From: Kiritimatiellia bacterium
GTDB lineage: Bacteria > Verrucomicrobiota > Kiritimatiellia > RFP12 > JBMNHG01
Assembly (NCBI GenBank): GCA_050950285.1
Contig: JBMNHG010000008.1
Location: 1-64,000 of the forward strand
Length of the DNA stretch: 64,000 bases
Direction of reading: 5' to 3'
Positions 27,161 to 38,239 of the stretch are shown piece after piece. Position numbers and translations under genes: made by a program. The notes beneath the pieces are model-generated. The model was not told the origin of the DNA. It ran no database searches and worked only from the letters and a program-made list of their open reading frames with translations. Every line of letters starts with the position of its first letter. Within the stretch, counting starts at the first letter, position 1.

Positions 27161-28354
27161 ATGAAGAGAATGACCGGCACCATCAGCCGCGGCGTCCGCG
27201 CCCCCGTCTTCCGGGCGGGAGACGACGTCGCGAAGATCGTCGTGGATTCCGTGCTTGCCTGTTCGCAAGCCGAGAACGCCCCCATCCGCGACCGCGACAT
27301 CGTAGCCGTGACCGAGGCCGTCGTGGCCCGCGCCCAGTCCAACTACGCCGGCATCGGCCAGATCGCCAAGGAGGTGGCCGCGAAGTTCCCTTCCGGCGAA
27401 ATCGCCCTCGTCTTCCCCATCCTCAGCCGGAACCGCTTCGCCACCTGCCTGCGCGGCATCGCCGCCGGCCTGCGGAAAATCCACCTCGTGCTTGCATTCC
27501 CGAGCGACGAAGTCGGCAACCACCTCTTCGACCCCGCCAAGCTCATCGACACCGACATCGACCCCTGGCGCGACACCCTCGACGAGGCAACCTACCGCGC
27601 CGCCTTCGGCTACGACCTGCACCCCTTCACCGGCATCGACTACGTGGCGTACTACCTCGACCTCATCCGCGACGGCGGGTGCGAGGCCGACGTCCATTTC
27701 ACCAACCGCGTCGAGCGGGCCCTGGATTTCGCCCCCGACGTGCTCGTGTGCGACATCCACACCCGCGCCAAGAGCAAACGGGCCCTGCAAAAGGCCGGCG
27801 CCCGCACCGTCTTCGGCCTCGAAGACCTGCTGACCGCCCCCGTCGACGGCAGCGGCTACAACGCCGAATACGGCCTCCTCGGCTCGAACAAGGCCACCGA
27901 GGACACCGTGAAACTCTTCCCGCGCGACCCGCAGCCCATCGTCGACGCCATCCAGGCCGGCCTCCTCGCCGCCACCGGGCGCCACGTCGAAGTGATGGTC
28001 TACGGCGACGGCGCCTTCAAGGACCCCGTCGGCAAAATCTGGGAGCTGGCCGATCCGGTCGTCTCCCCCGCCTTCACCGCCGGGCTGAACGGCACGACGA
28101 ACGAGCTGAAGCTGAAGTACCTGGCCGACAACCAGTTCGCCAACCTCTCCGGCGAAGCCCTCGCCAAGGCCATCCGCGAACGCATCCAGGAGAAGGGCGC
28201 AGACCTCAAAGGCTCGATGGAGTCGCAGGGCACTACCCCGCGCCGCCTCACCGACCTGATCGGATCGCTCTGCGACCTCACCTCCGGCAGCGGCGACAAA
28301 GGCACCCCCATCGTCTGGATCCAGGGCTACTTCGACACCTACGCGGCCGAATAG
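27161..28354 (+). CDS. Coenzyme F420-0:L-glutamate ligase (CofE)-like family protein
   Basis: [80 protein letters not shown]. Confidence 0.75.
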   Translation: MKRMTGTISRGVRAPVFRAGDDVAKIVVDSVLACSQAENAPIRDRDIVAVTEAVVARAQSNYAGIGQIAKEVAAKFPSGEIALVFPILSRNRFATCLRGIAAGLRKIHLVLAFPSDEVGNHLFDPAKLIDTDIDPWRDTLDEATYRAAFGYDLHPFTGIDYVAYYLDLIRDGGCEADVHFTNRVERALDFAPDVLVCDIHTRAKSKRALQKAGARTVFGLEDLLTAPVDGSGYNAEYGLLGSNKATEDTVKLFPRDPQPIVDAIQAGLLAATGRHVEVMVYGDGAFKDPVGKIWELADPVVSPAFTAGLNGTTNELKLKYLADNQFANLSGEALAKAIRERIQEKGADLKGSMESQGTTPRRLTDLIGSLCDLTSGSGDKGTPIVWIQGYFDTYAAE

Positions 28355-28373
28355 CCAGGCAGGAAAAGAGCCC

Positions 28374-29462
28374 ATGCACATCGCGAAACGATTTGCCCCG
28401 GACGCCGCCGCAGTCGAGCCCCTGCCCGGCGGAAACATCAACGAGACCTTCTGCGTGACCCGCGCCGACGGCTCCCGCTTCGTGCTGCAAAAGCTCTCCA
28501 GGACGGTCTTCCCCGACCCCGCCGCCATCCTGGCCAACCTGCGGACGATCAACCGCCACATCCACGCCAAGCTCGCCGGCGGGCGCGACGCCCACGGCCC
28601 CTGGCGGCAACCCCGGTCGATCCCCACCGTCGACGGCGCCGACTTCTTCGAAGACTCCGGCGGCTTCTGCTGGCGCGCGCTCACCTTCGTCGAAGGCGCG
28701 ACCGCCTGGCCCTCCCTGCGCGACCTCTCCCATGCCCGGCAGATCGGCTTCGCCCTCGGGCGCTTCCAGTCCCTCCTGAGCGACCTCGCCCCGGACGCCC
28801 TGCTCGACACCCTCCCCGGCTTCCATGTGACCCCCGGCTACCTCGCCGCCTTCGACCGCGCCAGCGCCTCCGCCGAGGCGCGCGCGCGCCGCGCCGGCTG
28901 TGCCGAGTGCGACGCCATGATGCGCTTCATCGACGCCGAACGCCCCCGCGCCTCCGTCCTCGAAGACGCCCTCGCCCGCGGCGACCTGCGCCTTCGCCCC
29001 ACCCACGGCGACCCCAAGGCCTCGAACGTGATGATCGACGACGCCTCCCGCCGCGCCGTCGCGATGATCGACCTCGACACCACCAAGCCCGGACTCATCC
29101 ACTACGACTTCGGCGACTGCATCCGCTCGCTCTGCAACCCCGCCGGCGAAGAACCCGACGACCCCTCCGCCGCGCACGTCGACCTCGACGCCCTGCGCGA
29201 GGCCGCCGCCGGCTACATCGGACGCGCCCGCGACTTCCTCACCGCCGCCGACTACGCGCTTCTCTTCGACTCGATCCGCCTGATCGCCTTCGAACTCTCC
29301 CTGCGCTTCTTCACCGACTACCTGGACGGCGACCGCTACTTCCGCGTCTTCTTCCCCGGACAGAACCTGCGGCGCGCCACGGTCCAGCGCATCCTTTGCG
29401 AGGACATCGTCCGCAAGGAGGGCGCGATCCGCGGCTTCCTCGACGACTTGGCCGCACGGTGA
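28374..29462 (+). CDS. APH/choline kinase-fold phosphotransferase (N-acetylhexosamine 1-kinase-like)
   Basis: GNINET, LPGFH, THGDPKASNV, IDLDTTKPG, DFGD, RFFTDYLDGD. Confidence 0.8.
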   Translation: MHIAKRFAPDAAAVEPLPGGNINETFCVTRADGSRFVLQKLSRTVFPDPAAILANLRTINRHIHAKLAGGRDAHGPWRQPRSIPTVDGADFFEDSGGFCWRALTFVEGATAWPSLRDLSHARQIGFALGRFQSLLSDLAPDALLDTLPGFHVTPGYLAAFDRASASAEARARRAGCAECDAMMRFIDAERPRASVLEDALARGDLRLRPTHGDPKASNVMIDDASRRAVAMIDLDTTKPGLIHYDFGDCIRSLCNPAGEEPDDPSAAHVDLDALREAAAGYIGRARDFLTAADYALLFDSIRLIAFELSLRFFTDYLDGDRYFRVFFPGQNLRRATVQRILCEDIVRKEGAIRGFLDDLAAR

Positions 29463-29556
29463 CGCCGCCCCTCGCCGCCCTCGCGGCCCGCCGGTTCCTC
29501 CTTGCCCCCGGCGTCCCTGTGGACTACATTCCTGGACAGTCCGCTTCCAGCAAAGG

Positions 29557-31914
29557 ATGGTCCCCATGCAGATTCGTTCTTCCGGCTTCCTCCGTCCGGC
29601 GGCACGGGGTCTTGCGCTTCTCGCGCTTCCCGCGTCCGCCGCCCTCACCCTTCACACCCCCTTCCTTGTCCCGGGCGAAACGGCGAAGGCCGAATACGTC
29701 TGGGAGGGCGGGGCCGCCACCCTCCGCGTGTTCGCCGCCGTCGAGACCGACGTGCCGCTGAAACGGGGGGCGGACCCCGCTTCCGAAACGAAGGTGCTGG
29801 AAAAGAAGCTCGATGGGGCGGCGACGAACGCGGTCGCCTTCGCCGTGGGGCCGATGGTTGCCGGGCGCGTCCGCTTCCGCGCGGAGGTTTCGGACGCCGG
29901 CGGCATGCCGCTTCTCCGCGAAACCACGCCCTGGGCCGAGGTGTCGATCCGCCGACGCATCGACCTCTCCGGCGAATGGCGCGTCGCGAAGGTGGAGCCC
30001 TTCCCCGTGCAACGCGACGGCGGCGCGCCGGACTACGCCCCGGACGCCTTCCCCGCCGCGATGGCCCTTCCCGGCACGATCGCCGGCGGGGCCTGGCCCC
30101 GCGGGTTCCGCGGATGGATCACCCTCGCGCGGACGGTCGAGTTGCCCGGCGGCGGCGCGCCGCTCTTCGTTTCGGCGGAAGGCGTCGCGGACAGCGTCGC
30201 GTTGCGCGTGAACGGCGAAGAGGCGGCCGAAATGCTCCCGGAGGAGGATCTCGACAGCTCGCTCAGCCACTGGTCCTACTTCCACGGGGAGCGCCTCTAC
30301 CCCGGCATAAAGGGCCGCGAGGACGCGCGCCGGCTCGCGCGCCTGCTCTGGGATCGCGACGTGCTGCGCGACGGCCTGAAGGCGATCGTCCCGCCCGTCC
30401 CCGGCGGAAAGACCGAACTCGAGCTCGTCCTCCGCGCCACCAGCGGAAGCACGCGGCACCAGCCTCCGTACGGCATCCACGGCGACGTCACCGTCTCGCC
30501 GCTTCCCCCCGTGTATGTCGAAGGGATCGACTTCGACACCTCGAAGCCGGGCGACCTGCGCCGCTTCGCCTTCTCCGTGCGCCTCGCCAACACCACCGGG
30601 AAGCCCTTCAAGGGCCGCCTCCGCGCGGTGTACGGCCAGTACGCCGGCGCCACGCCCTACACCGGCGCCTGCCCCGCGACGGACGAAACCGTGCGGGACC
30701 TGGCCGTCCCCGCCGGCGGATGCACCGTGGTGGTGGAGCGCGACGAAGTCCCGCGCTTCGCCACCTGCCGCGCCACCTTCGTGCTGCAGGAGGGGCGGAC
30801 GCCCGTCGATGCCGCAAGCGCGGACTACCACGCCGTGACCGTCGAAATCCGCGACCGCCGCGACATGTACGTGAACAACGAGCGCTTCTTCGCGAAAGGC
30901 CGCGGCTCCTCCTCCGCATCGCCGAACCAGGTCTGGCAGTTCCTCGCCAACGGAACGAACATGCGCCGCGGCATGGACGTCTCCTCCTGGCCGCGCTTCC
31001 CCGGCCTGGCCAGCCGCGCCGCGTTCATGGACGCCCAGCTGCCGGCCGGCATCCTCTTCGACTCCGGCCCCGTGCTCGCCTCCTGCGAAAAGTGCACCTT
31101 CTGGAACCCCGACGACACCCGCAACGTCGAACGCGCCGTGCGCTACCAGATCCGCACCCTCGCCGCCTGCCCCGGCCTCATCCAGTGGGAGGCCACCAAC
31201 GAACTCTTCGGCGAGCCCGAAGAGGCGCGCGCGCTCATCTGCGACCTCTTCCGCGAACTCGACCCCTACCACCGCCCCGTCGTCATGACCAAGGGGGGAG
31301 GCGAATGGGAGGCGCTCGCGCGGGACGGCACCGTGTCCGGACCGGACATCGTGGGCGTACAGTACCTCGGCACCCGCGAGGCCATCGACGCCCTCACCGC
31401 CACCATCACCGAAAAGCCCATCCAGTCCACCGAAATCAACTGGAACGACCCCGTGCTCCACCGCGACGGCCTCTGGCGCTACGGGCTCGACCGCGGCGTT
31501 TGCGGCATGCTGCTCTTCGACTACAGCGGCAACTCCACCGACCAGGCCGTCACCGCCATTCCGCCCGCGAACCTGCTCCCGGACGAATGGAACGTCGTGG
31601 CCCGCGCCCATCGCGAGATGTACCTCGACCTCGAATGCACCGCGCGCCGCCTGCCCGACGGCCGCATCGCCGCGCGCTTCGCGAACCGCATGCCCTACGC
31701 CCTGCGCGACCTCTCGCTCGCCGTGCGCGACGGCGGCCGCACCCGGCTGCCCGAACTCGCCCCGGGAGACGCCTGCGAATTCGCCGTCCCCGCCTCCGCC
31801 GCCACGGCCGTCGGCGGGGAGCCCAACCCGTGGATCGTCGCCACGGCCTCCTACACCACCCACGGCGGCCTCAAGAACGAATGCGCGATGGCCGCCGAAG
31901 TCCCGCGGCCATGA
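29557..31914 (+). CDS. Secreted GH2-like glycoside hydrolase
   Basis: Signal peptide; IDLSGEW sugar-binding domain, GIHGDV, YVNNERFFAKG, QWEATNE (acid/base), DPYHRPV, KPIQSTE (nucleophile); upstream TTGCCC-N17-TACATT at 29502-29530. Confidence 0.65.
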   Translation: MVPMQIRSSGFLRPAARGLALLALPASAALTLHTPFLVPGETAKAEYVWEGGAATLRVFAAVETDVPLKRGADPASETKVLEKKLDGAATNAVAFAVGPMVAGRVRFRAEVSDAGGMPLLRETTPWAEVSIRRRIDLSGEWRVAKVEPFPVQRDGGAPDYAPDAFPAAMALPGTIAGGAWPRGFRGWITLARTVELPGGGAPLFVSAEGVADSVALRVNGEEAAEMLPEEDLDSSLSHWSYFHGERLYPGIKGREDARRLARLLWDRDVLRDGLKAIVPPVPGGKTELELVLRATSGSTRHQPPYGIHGDVTVSPLPPVYVEGIDFDTSKPGDLRRFAFSVRLANTTGKPFKGRLRAVYGQYAGATPYTGACPATDETVRDLAVPAGGCTVVVERDEVPRFATCRATFVLQEGRTPVDAASADYHAVTVEIRDRRDMYVNNERFFAKGRGSSSASPNQVWQFLANGTNMRRGMDVSSWPRFPGLASRAAFMDAQLPAGILFDSGPVLASCEKCTFWNPDDTRNVERAVRYQIRTLAACPGLIQWEATNELFGEPEEARALICDLFRELDPYHRPVVMTKGGGEWEALARDGTVSGPDIVGVQYLGTREAIDALTATITEKPIQSTEINWNDPVLHRDGLWRYGLDRGVCGMLLFDYSGNSTDQAVTAIPPANLLPDEWNVVARAHREMYLDLECTARRLPDGRIAARFANRMPYALRDLSLAVRDGGRTRLPELAPGDACEFAVPASAATAVGGEPNPWIVATASYTTHGGLKNECAMAAEVPRP

Positions 31915-31936
31915 CCCCCTTCCAGGAAAGCCCGCC

Positions 31937-34378
31937 ATGAAGCCCCTCGCCCCCGCCCTTCTTTTCGCCGCCGCCACCGCGGCCGCCGCGCCGGCCCTCC
32001 GCGTCGAAAACCGCGAATTCAACGGACGCCCCCGCGACATCGTCATCCTCGAGAACGACCGCGTGCGCGTGGAGGTCGTTCCCTCCGACTCCGGCCGGAT
32101 TTCGGTCTTCCAGGACAAGACGAAGGCCGAATCCGCCTTCGAGTGGTTCGACGACTGCCCCTACCACTACGAATGCCGCTGGGAGGGCTATCCCTTCGAG
32201 TACACCACCGACACCTCCGTGCCGGGCGAGGTCTCCGTGACCGTCACCGGCGGCGGCAAGATCGCGGTGGGAAGCCTGAGGCGCCTCGCCGCCACCTCCG
32301 TCGCCGCGCCCGTCGAGCTGGCCCTCGAGCGCACGATGACCCTCCGCGGCGACACGTCGCGCCTCGATGTCGAGGTGGAGATCACGAACGTCGGCGACGG
32401 CGTCGCCCCGCGCTTCCGCTACATGCTCCACGGCGTCTGGGGCCGCGTCGCCCCCCGCCCCTTCGCCTTCATCCTCCCGCTGCCCGGCGGGACCGAGTTC
32501 TTCGACGCGGAGCGCGCCGCCGCCCTCTTCCGCGAAGCGATCGAAAACCAGGGCGCCAACAACCTCGCCCACCCCTTCAGCCGCTTCGTGCCGGACGTGG
32601 TGGCCGACAAGCCGCGCTTCGACCCCGGCTCGTGGGTGGCCCTCCTCACCGCCGCCGGCCCGAACTACGCGCAATTCGACAAGGCGAAGACCGACTTCTT
32701 CCAGTACTGGTACGGCGGCGACGGCGCATGGCACTGGACCTGCGAGCCCCACTCGAAGCCCGTGGATCTCGCCCCCGGCGACTCCACCGGCTACTCCTTC
32801 GCCTTCGCCTGCGACGCGGCGGACATCGTCTTCGACGCCCCGACCCTCGCCTACGGCTCCGTCGAAGGCCCCTCCGAGGCTTCGCCGGGCGACACCGTCC
32901 GCTTCTCCGCCACCTGCACCACCGCGCGCGATGCCGAGGAGACCGCCTCCGTCACCTTCTTCCTCGATGCGCAGGACGGCCGGCCCTGGCTCGACGCGAG
33001 CGCCACCGCGACGGTCCGCGACTTCGCCTTCGGCACCCTCGACGCGGAGATCGCGCTGCCCGCCGACACCGCGAACGGACCGTATCCGTGGCGCGCCGTC
33101 GCCGACGGCGGCCGCGAACTCGCGAAGGGCGCATGCGAAGTGATGTCGCGCGGGGAAATGGCCCGGCGCAAGGCCGACCGCGCCGTGGAGGCCGTCCGCA
33201 AGCCCCTCCAGGACCGCATCGACGAGATGGACCGCGAAGCCCGGAAGGCCCGCCGCGACTACGGGCGCTGGCGCGATGGCGCGGACCTCCTCGCGGCCCT
33301 GCGCGACCCCGGCGCCTGGGGCCCGGAGGCCGGGGACGTCGCCCTCCTCCGCGGCGCCACGACCGTGGCCGGGAACTGGAAGCCCGCGGAGGCGCTGCGC
33401 GTGAAGGCCTTCGCCCCCGCGCCCGCCTGCGCCCTCGCCGCGGCGGACCTCGCCGCCCTCGTCGAAGCGCGCCTCGCCACCCTCGGAGACGCCCGCGCCT
33501 CCGTGCGCGACGTGTCCGTGGACGCCGATGGGCGGTGCGTCGCCGCCGCCCTCGCCGACCCCGCGGCGAAGACCGCCCGCGTCGTCCGCTGGGATGCCGG
33601 CGGCAACGCCCGCGACATCGGCCGCTTCGCCGGACGCCCGGGCGAAGGCGACGACGCCTTCGGCTCCAACCTGCGCGCCGTCCGCTTCGACGCACGGGGG
33701 CGCCTCTGGATCGCCACCGCCGCCTGGGGGATGACCTCGCGGTTCGTGGCCGGTCCCGACGGACAGCCCTCCGAGCAGGCCGGCGAAGGATGGAAGGGCG
33801 CCGTGAAGGTCTACGGGCCCGATGGCGCGCTCGCCGCCGCGACGCCGCTGCTCGACGCGCCCCTGGATCTCGTCCCCGCGCTGGCCGACGGCCGCGCCGT
33901 CGTCCTCGTGCCCTACCGCAACGTCTCCGCCTACCACGGCGCGATGGTGCGCGAAGGCGTGGCGATTCTCGACGCGGACACCGCCGCCCGCCTGGGCGAA
34001 GTGAAGACCCCCGCCGGCTCCGTCGCGGTCGAGCCTTCCACGGGCGGCCTGTGGGCGTCGGACGTCGCCGGGCACATCTCCTGCCACGCCGTGCGCGGGC
34101 GCGGACTCGCCCAGCTGAACGACGGCACCGCCGCCGCCGTGGCGGACGCCGTGCTCCCCGAGGCCTCGCCCGTGCCCGCACGCCTGCGGACGGCGGCCGA
34201 CGGGGGAGTCGTCGCCGTGCGCCCGATGCGGCGCGCCGTCGAACGCCTGCGCTTCGCCGATGGCGCCGCAAGCGCCGGGGCCATCGCCTTCGAGGACGCC
34301 CTGGGCACCCCCGTGACCGTCCTCCCCGCGCACGACGGGCTCGTCCTCGTCGGCACGCGGGGCGTCGCCGTGAAATAG
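31937..34378 (+). CDS. Secreted protein with galactose-mutarotase-like N-terminal domain and C-terminal beta-propeller-like region
   Basis: Signal peptide; VILENDRVRVEVVP..GRI, LERTMTL, VEITN; later AVRFDARGRLWIA, SVAVEPSTGGLWASD blades. Confidence 0.55.
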   Translation: MKPLAPALLFAAATAAAAPALRVENREFNGRPRDIVILENDRVRVEVVPSDSGRISVFQDKTKAESAFEWFDDCPYHYECRWEGYPFEYTTDTSVPGEVSVTVTGGGKIAVGSLRRLAATSVAAPVELALERTMTLRGDTSRLDVEVEITNVGDGVAPRFRYMLHGVWGRVAPRPFAFILPLPGGTEFFDAERAAALFREAIENQGANNLAHPFSRFVPDVVADKPRFDPGSWVALLTAAGPNYAQFDKAKTDFFQYWYGGDGAWHWTCEPHSKPVDLAPGDSTGYSFAFACDAADIVFDAPTLAYGSVEGPSEASPGDTVRFSATCTTARDAEETASVTFFLDAQDGRPWLDASATATVRDFAFGTLDAEIALPADTANGPYPWRAVADGGRELAKGACEVMSRGEMARRKADRAVEAVRKPLQDRIDEMDREARKARRDYGRWRDGADLLAALRDPGAWGPEAGDVALLRGATTVAGNWKPAEALRVKAFAPAPACALAAADLAALVEARLATLGDARASVRDVSVDADGRCVAAALADPAAKTARVVRWDAGGNARDIGRFAGRPGEGDDAFGSNLRAVRFDARGRLWIATAAWGMTSRFVAGPDGQPSEQAGEGWKGAVKVYGPDGALAAATPLLDAPLDLVPALADGRAVVLVPYRNVSAYHGAMVREGVAILDADTAARLGEVKTPAGSVAVEPSTGGLWASDVAGHISCHAVRGRGLAQLNDGTAAAVADAVLPEASPVPARLRTAADGGVVAVRPMRRAVERLRFADGAASAGAIAFEDALGTPVTVLPAHDGLVLVGTRGVAVK

Positions 34379-34427
34379 CGCCGGAGGTCCGGCCCGGCGG
34401 CATCGCGCGCCCGCCCGTCCGGGCGGG

Positions 34428-35804
34428 TCAGGTTTCGATGTGCGTCCGCGGCGTGTGGCCGATGGCGTAGACGTTGAAGCCGAGGTCGAAGAGCGCCTGG
34501 TGGTCGAGGCAGTTGCGGCCGTCGAAGAGGAAGGCGGGGCGGCGCATGGAGGCGAACACCCTGGCGTAGTCGAGGCCGCGGTACTCCTCCCACTCGGTGA
34601 GGACGGCCACGGCGTCGGCCCCCTCGCAGGCGCGGTAGGGATCGGGCTCGTAGGCCACGGCGTCGCCGAGGTCGGCGAGATCGCGGCGGGCGTTGGGCAG
34701 GGCCTTGGGGTCGGACACCACCACGCGGGCGCGCTCCTCGGCCAGTTCGCGGGCGATGCGGTTGGCGGGCGCCTCGCGGGTGTCGCCGGTGTTGGCCTTG
34801 AAGGCGAAGCCCAGGAGGGCGATGCGCTTCCCGGCCACGGTGTTGAACATGGCCTTCACCATGTTGCCCACGAAGCGATCCTGCTGGTAGTCGTTGATCC
34901 GCACGACCTGCCGCCAGTAGTCGGCGGCCTCGTGGAGCCCGTAGGTTTCGCAGAGGTAGACGAGGTTGAGGATGTCCTTCTTGAAGCACGAACCGCCGAA
35001 GCCGACGCCGGCGTGGAGGAAGCGCGGCCCGATGCGGGAGTCCATGCCGATGGCGCGGGACACCTCTCCGATGTCCGCCTCGGTGACCTCGCACAGCTCG
35101 GAGAGCGCGTTGATGGAGCTGACGCGCTGGGCGAGGAAGGCGTTGGCGGCGAGCTTGGAGAGCTCGCTGGACCAGACGTTCGTGGTGAGGATGCGCTCGC
35201 GGGGCACCCACGCGGCGTACAGGTCCACCAGCTCGGCCACGGCGGCGCGGCCTTCGGGCGTCTCGGCCCCGCCGATGAGCACGCGGTCCGGCTCGGCGAG
35301 ATCCTTCATGGCCGTGCCTTCGGCGAGGAATTCGGGGTTCGAGAGCACCTCGAAGCGCACGCCGGCGCCGCCGGAGCGAAGGATGCGGCCCATGGCGGCG
35401 GCGGTGCGCACGGGGAGGGTGGACTTCTCCACCACGATCTTGTCCGAGGTCGAATTCGCGAGGATCTGCCGCGCGGTCTTCTCCCAATACTGGAGATCCG
35501 CCGCATATCCCGCGCCGTGCCCGAAGGTCTTGGTGGGCGTGTTCACGCTCACGAAGATGATGTCCGCCTCGCGGATCCCCCGGTCGACATCCGTCGAGAA
35601 GAAGAGGTTCCTGCCGCGGCACGCCGCCACCACCTCGTGGAGCCCGGGCTCGTAGATGGGGAGCTCGTCGGAATTCCACGCGGCGATGCGGTCGGGATTG
35701 ATGTCCACCACCGTCACGCGGCGGTCGGGGCACTTCGCGGCGATCATGGCCATCGTGGGACCGCCCACGTAGCCGGCGCCGATGCAGAGGATGTTCTTTT
35801 TCAT
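34428..35804 (-). CDS. ugd: UDP-glucose 6-dehydrogenase
   Basis: [67 protein letters not shown]. Confidence 0.95.
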   Translation of the reverse strand: MKKNILCIGAGYVGGPTMAMIAAKCPDRRVTVVDINPDRIAAWNSDELPIYEPGLHEVVAACRGRNLFFSTDVDRGIREADIIFVSVNTPTKTFGHGAGYAADLQYWEKTARQILANSTSDKIVVEKSTLPVRTAAAMGRILRSGGAGVRFEVLSNPEFLAEGTAMKDLAEPDRVLIGGAETPEGRAAVAELVDLYAAWVPRERILTTNVWSSELSKLAANAFLAQRVSSINALSELCEVTEADIGEVSRAIGMDSRIGPRFLHAGVGFGGSCFKKDILNLVYLCETYGLHEAADYWRQVVRINDYQQDRFVGNMVKAMFNTVAGKRIALLGFAFKANTGDTREAPANRIARELAEERARVVVSDPKALPNARRDLADLGDAVAYEPDPYRACEGADAVAVLTEWEEYRGLDYARVFASMRRPAFLFDGRNCLDHQALFDLGFNVYAIGHTPRTHIET

Positions 35805-35836
35805 GGGGAGCGCTCGCGCCGCGGACCGCCGGCGGG

Positions 35837-36925
35837 CTACTTGTCCTTGCCCTTTTCGGGCTTGGCCTTTTCGGATTCGGCCGCTTCGGGCTCCGCCTCG
35901 GGCACGGGGCGGCCCCGGATGTTGGCGGCGGCGGGGAGGACCTCCTTGATCTTCTCGATGACCGCCTGGCAGACGGCGGGATTCGAGCGGAGGAACTCGG
36001 TGGCGGCGAGCTGTCCCTGGCCAATCAAGTCCGGGCCGAAGGAGAGCCAGGACCCGCGCTTGGTGACGACGTTGCTGCTGATGGCGGCGTCCAGCACGGA
36101 GCCCTCCCAGGAGATGCCGCGGTCGTACAGGATGTCGAACTCGGCCTCGGTGAAGGGCGGCGCGACCTTGTTCTTCACGACCTTGACGCGGGTGCGGGAG
36201 CCCACCACCGTGCCGCTGGCGTCTTTGATGGTGCCGATCTTCTGCACGTTGAGGCGCACGGAGGAGTAGAACTTGAGCGCGCGGCCGCCCGGAGTGGTCT
36301 CGGGGTTGCCGAACAGGATGCCGATCTTCTCGCGGATCTGGTTCGTGAAGATGCAAAGCGTCTTCGTGGTGGAAAGCGCGCCGGTGAGCTTGCGCATGGC
36401 CTGCGACATCAGGCGCGCCTGCAGGCCCACGTGCGCGTCGCCCATGCTGCCGTCGAGCTCGGCCTGGGGCGCCAGGGCCGCCACCGAGTCCACCACCACC
36501 ACATCGAGCGCGCCGCTCTTCACGAGCGATTCCGCGATGGTCAACGCCTCCTCGCCGGAGGAGGGCTGGGAGACGAGCAGGTTGTCGAGCTGCACGCCGA
36601 TGCGCCGGGCGTAGTTCGGGTCCATCCCGTGCTCGGCGTCGATGAACGCGGCGACGCCGCCCGCGCGCTGGGCGGCGGCAATCACGTGCAGGCAAAGCGT
36701 GGTCTTGCCCGAGGCTTCCTGCCCGTAGACCTCGACGATGCGCCCGCGAGGCAGCCCGCCCACGCCAAGCGCAAGGTCAAGGGAGAAGGACTCGGTGCTG
36801 ATGACGTCGATGCTCTTGTCCGCCTCGGATTCGCCAAGGCGCATGATGGAATTTTCGCCAAATTCCTTGCGGATCTGCGAGAGAACGGCGTCGAGTTGGT
36901 TTACGGGGGCTTTCTTTTCGGCCAT
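35837..36925 (-). CDS. recA: Recombinase RecA
   Basis: [67 protein letters not shown]. Confidence 0.97.
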   Translation of the reverse strand: MAEKKAPVNQLDAVLSQIRKEFGENSIMRLGESEADKSIDVISTESFSLDLALGVGGLPRGRIVEVYGQEASGKTTLCLHVIAAAQRAGGVAAFIDAEHGMDPNYARRIGVQLDNLLVSQPSSGEEALTIAESLVKSGALDVVVVDSVAALAPQAELDGSMGDAHVGLQARLMSQAMRKLTGALSTTKTLCIFTNQIREKIGILFGNPETTPGGRALKFYSSVRLNVQKIGTIKDASGTVVGSRTRVKVVKNKVAPPFTEAEFDILYDRGISWEGSVLDAAISSNVVTKRGSWLSFGPDLIGQGQLAATEFLRSNPAVCQAVIEKIKEVLPAAANIRGRPVPEAEPEAAESEKAKPEKGKDK

Positions 36926-37156
36926 GGCGGCATCTCCGGGTCGGGTGGAAAGGGGGTGCGGACGCACAGCCCGCCAGATGCGGCCAACCGTACCACAAAC
37001 CCTCCCCGCGTGGGAAGTGGAAACGCCGCCGGCCCCGTATCCGGCGGGCGACAGGGGTACGGGGCGCCCGAGGGGCCGGGACGGGCAGGCGCTCCCGGGC
37101 CCCCCCTGCGCCCTTCCCGCTTGTCCGCCGCCTCCCCTTGGTTTACCATTTCCCCC

Positions 37157-38239
37157 ATGGCCTTCGAATCGAAACGAATTCGCGTGTTCCTGGCGCTGGC
37201 CGCCGTGGCGGCCCTGTGCGGATGCGGGGCGGACGCCGACCCTGGCACTCCCCCTCCCGGACCCGTCGCCGGGGCCTCCGCGACGCCGGCGGCCTCCCCC
37301 GCGCACGATCCGGCGCAGGCCGTGGCGGTCGTGAACGGGAAGACGCTTTCCTGGGGCGAGATGGACAAGCGCGCCCAAAGCCTCTTCGACGACGAACACG
37401 CCTCCCACCGCCTCTACGTCCCCCCGGAGCGCAGGGACGAGGCCCTTCTCCCCTTCCGCCGACAGGCCGTGAACGTCTTCGTGAACAAGGTGGTGATGCT
37501 CGACGAGGCCGATCGCCGCGGCATCCACGCCACCGAGGAGCAACGGGCGGAAAGCCTGGAAAAACTGGGCGAATTCCTCGAGGCGCGGGGGATGACGCTC
37601 GACCAGTTCTTCCATCGCAAGCCCTTCACCGAAGAGGAGATCCGCCGGGAGTTCGAGGACGGCATGCGCATCGATCTGCTGAAAGAGCAGGAGGTGCTCT
37701 CGAAGATCACGGTCACGCCCGCGGAGATGGACGCGCTCGCCGGGGAGATCGTCGCCTTTCGCTCGGAGCGTCGCCGCGAGGCCGAGGCGTTGCGCCAGCG
37801 CCTGCTCGATGGCGAGGATTTCGCGGAACTGGCGCGCACCGCCTCCGAGTGCCCCAGCCGTCGCACCGGCGGCGATTTGGGCGACTTCCGGCGCGGCGGC
37901 CCCCTGGCGCGGAAGATGACGCAGGCCTTCGAGGACGCGGCATTTGCGCAGGCCGTCGGCGAAATCGGCCCCGTGATCGAGACCCCCCTTGGCTACCACA
38001 TCCTCCGCGTGACCTCCCGCACGCCCGCCCGGGAAGCCACCGATTCGCTCCCCGCCATCCCCGAGACCGTGCGGGCCGCCCACATCCTGCTCCGCACCCC
38101 CCCCGTCCCCGACGGACCGGCCTTGCAGGCCGAAATCGTGCGGCGGAAGTTCGCGGAGGGCGTAGGGGCCTTCTACTCCAACCTGCTTTCCCGCGCCACC
38201 ATCCAGATCCTGATCCCCCTCGACGGAGACCTCCCGTGA
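37157..38239 (+). CDS. Peptidylprolyl isomerase lipoprotein (parvulin)
   Basis: Lipobox [51 protein letters not shown]17-TACCAT ends 7 nt before ATG. Confidence 0.85.
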   Translation: MAFESKRIRVFLALAAVAALCGCGADADPGTPPPGPVAGASATPAASPAHDPAQAVAVVNGKTLSWGEMDKRAQSLFDDEHASHRLYVPPERRDEALLPFRRQAVNVFVNKVVMLDEADRRGIHATEEQRAESLEKLGEFLEARGMTLDQFFHRKPFTEEEIRREFEDGMRIDLLKEQEVLSKITVTPAEMDALAGEIVAFRSERRREAEALRQRLLDGEDFAELARTASECPSRRTGGDLGDFRRGGPLARKMTQAFEDAAFAQAVGEIGPVIETPLGYHILRVTSRTPAREATDSLPAIPETVRAAHILLRTPPVPDGPALQAEIVRRKFAEGVGAFYSNLLSRATIQILIPLDGDLP

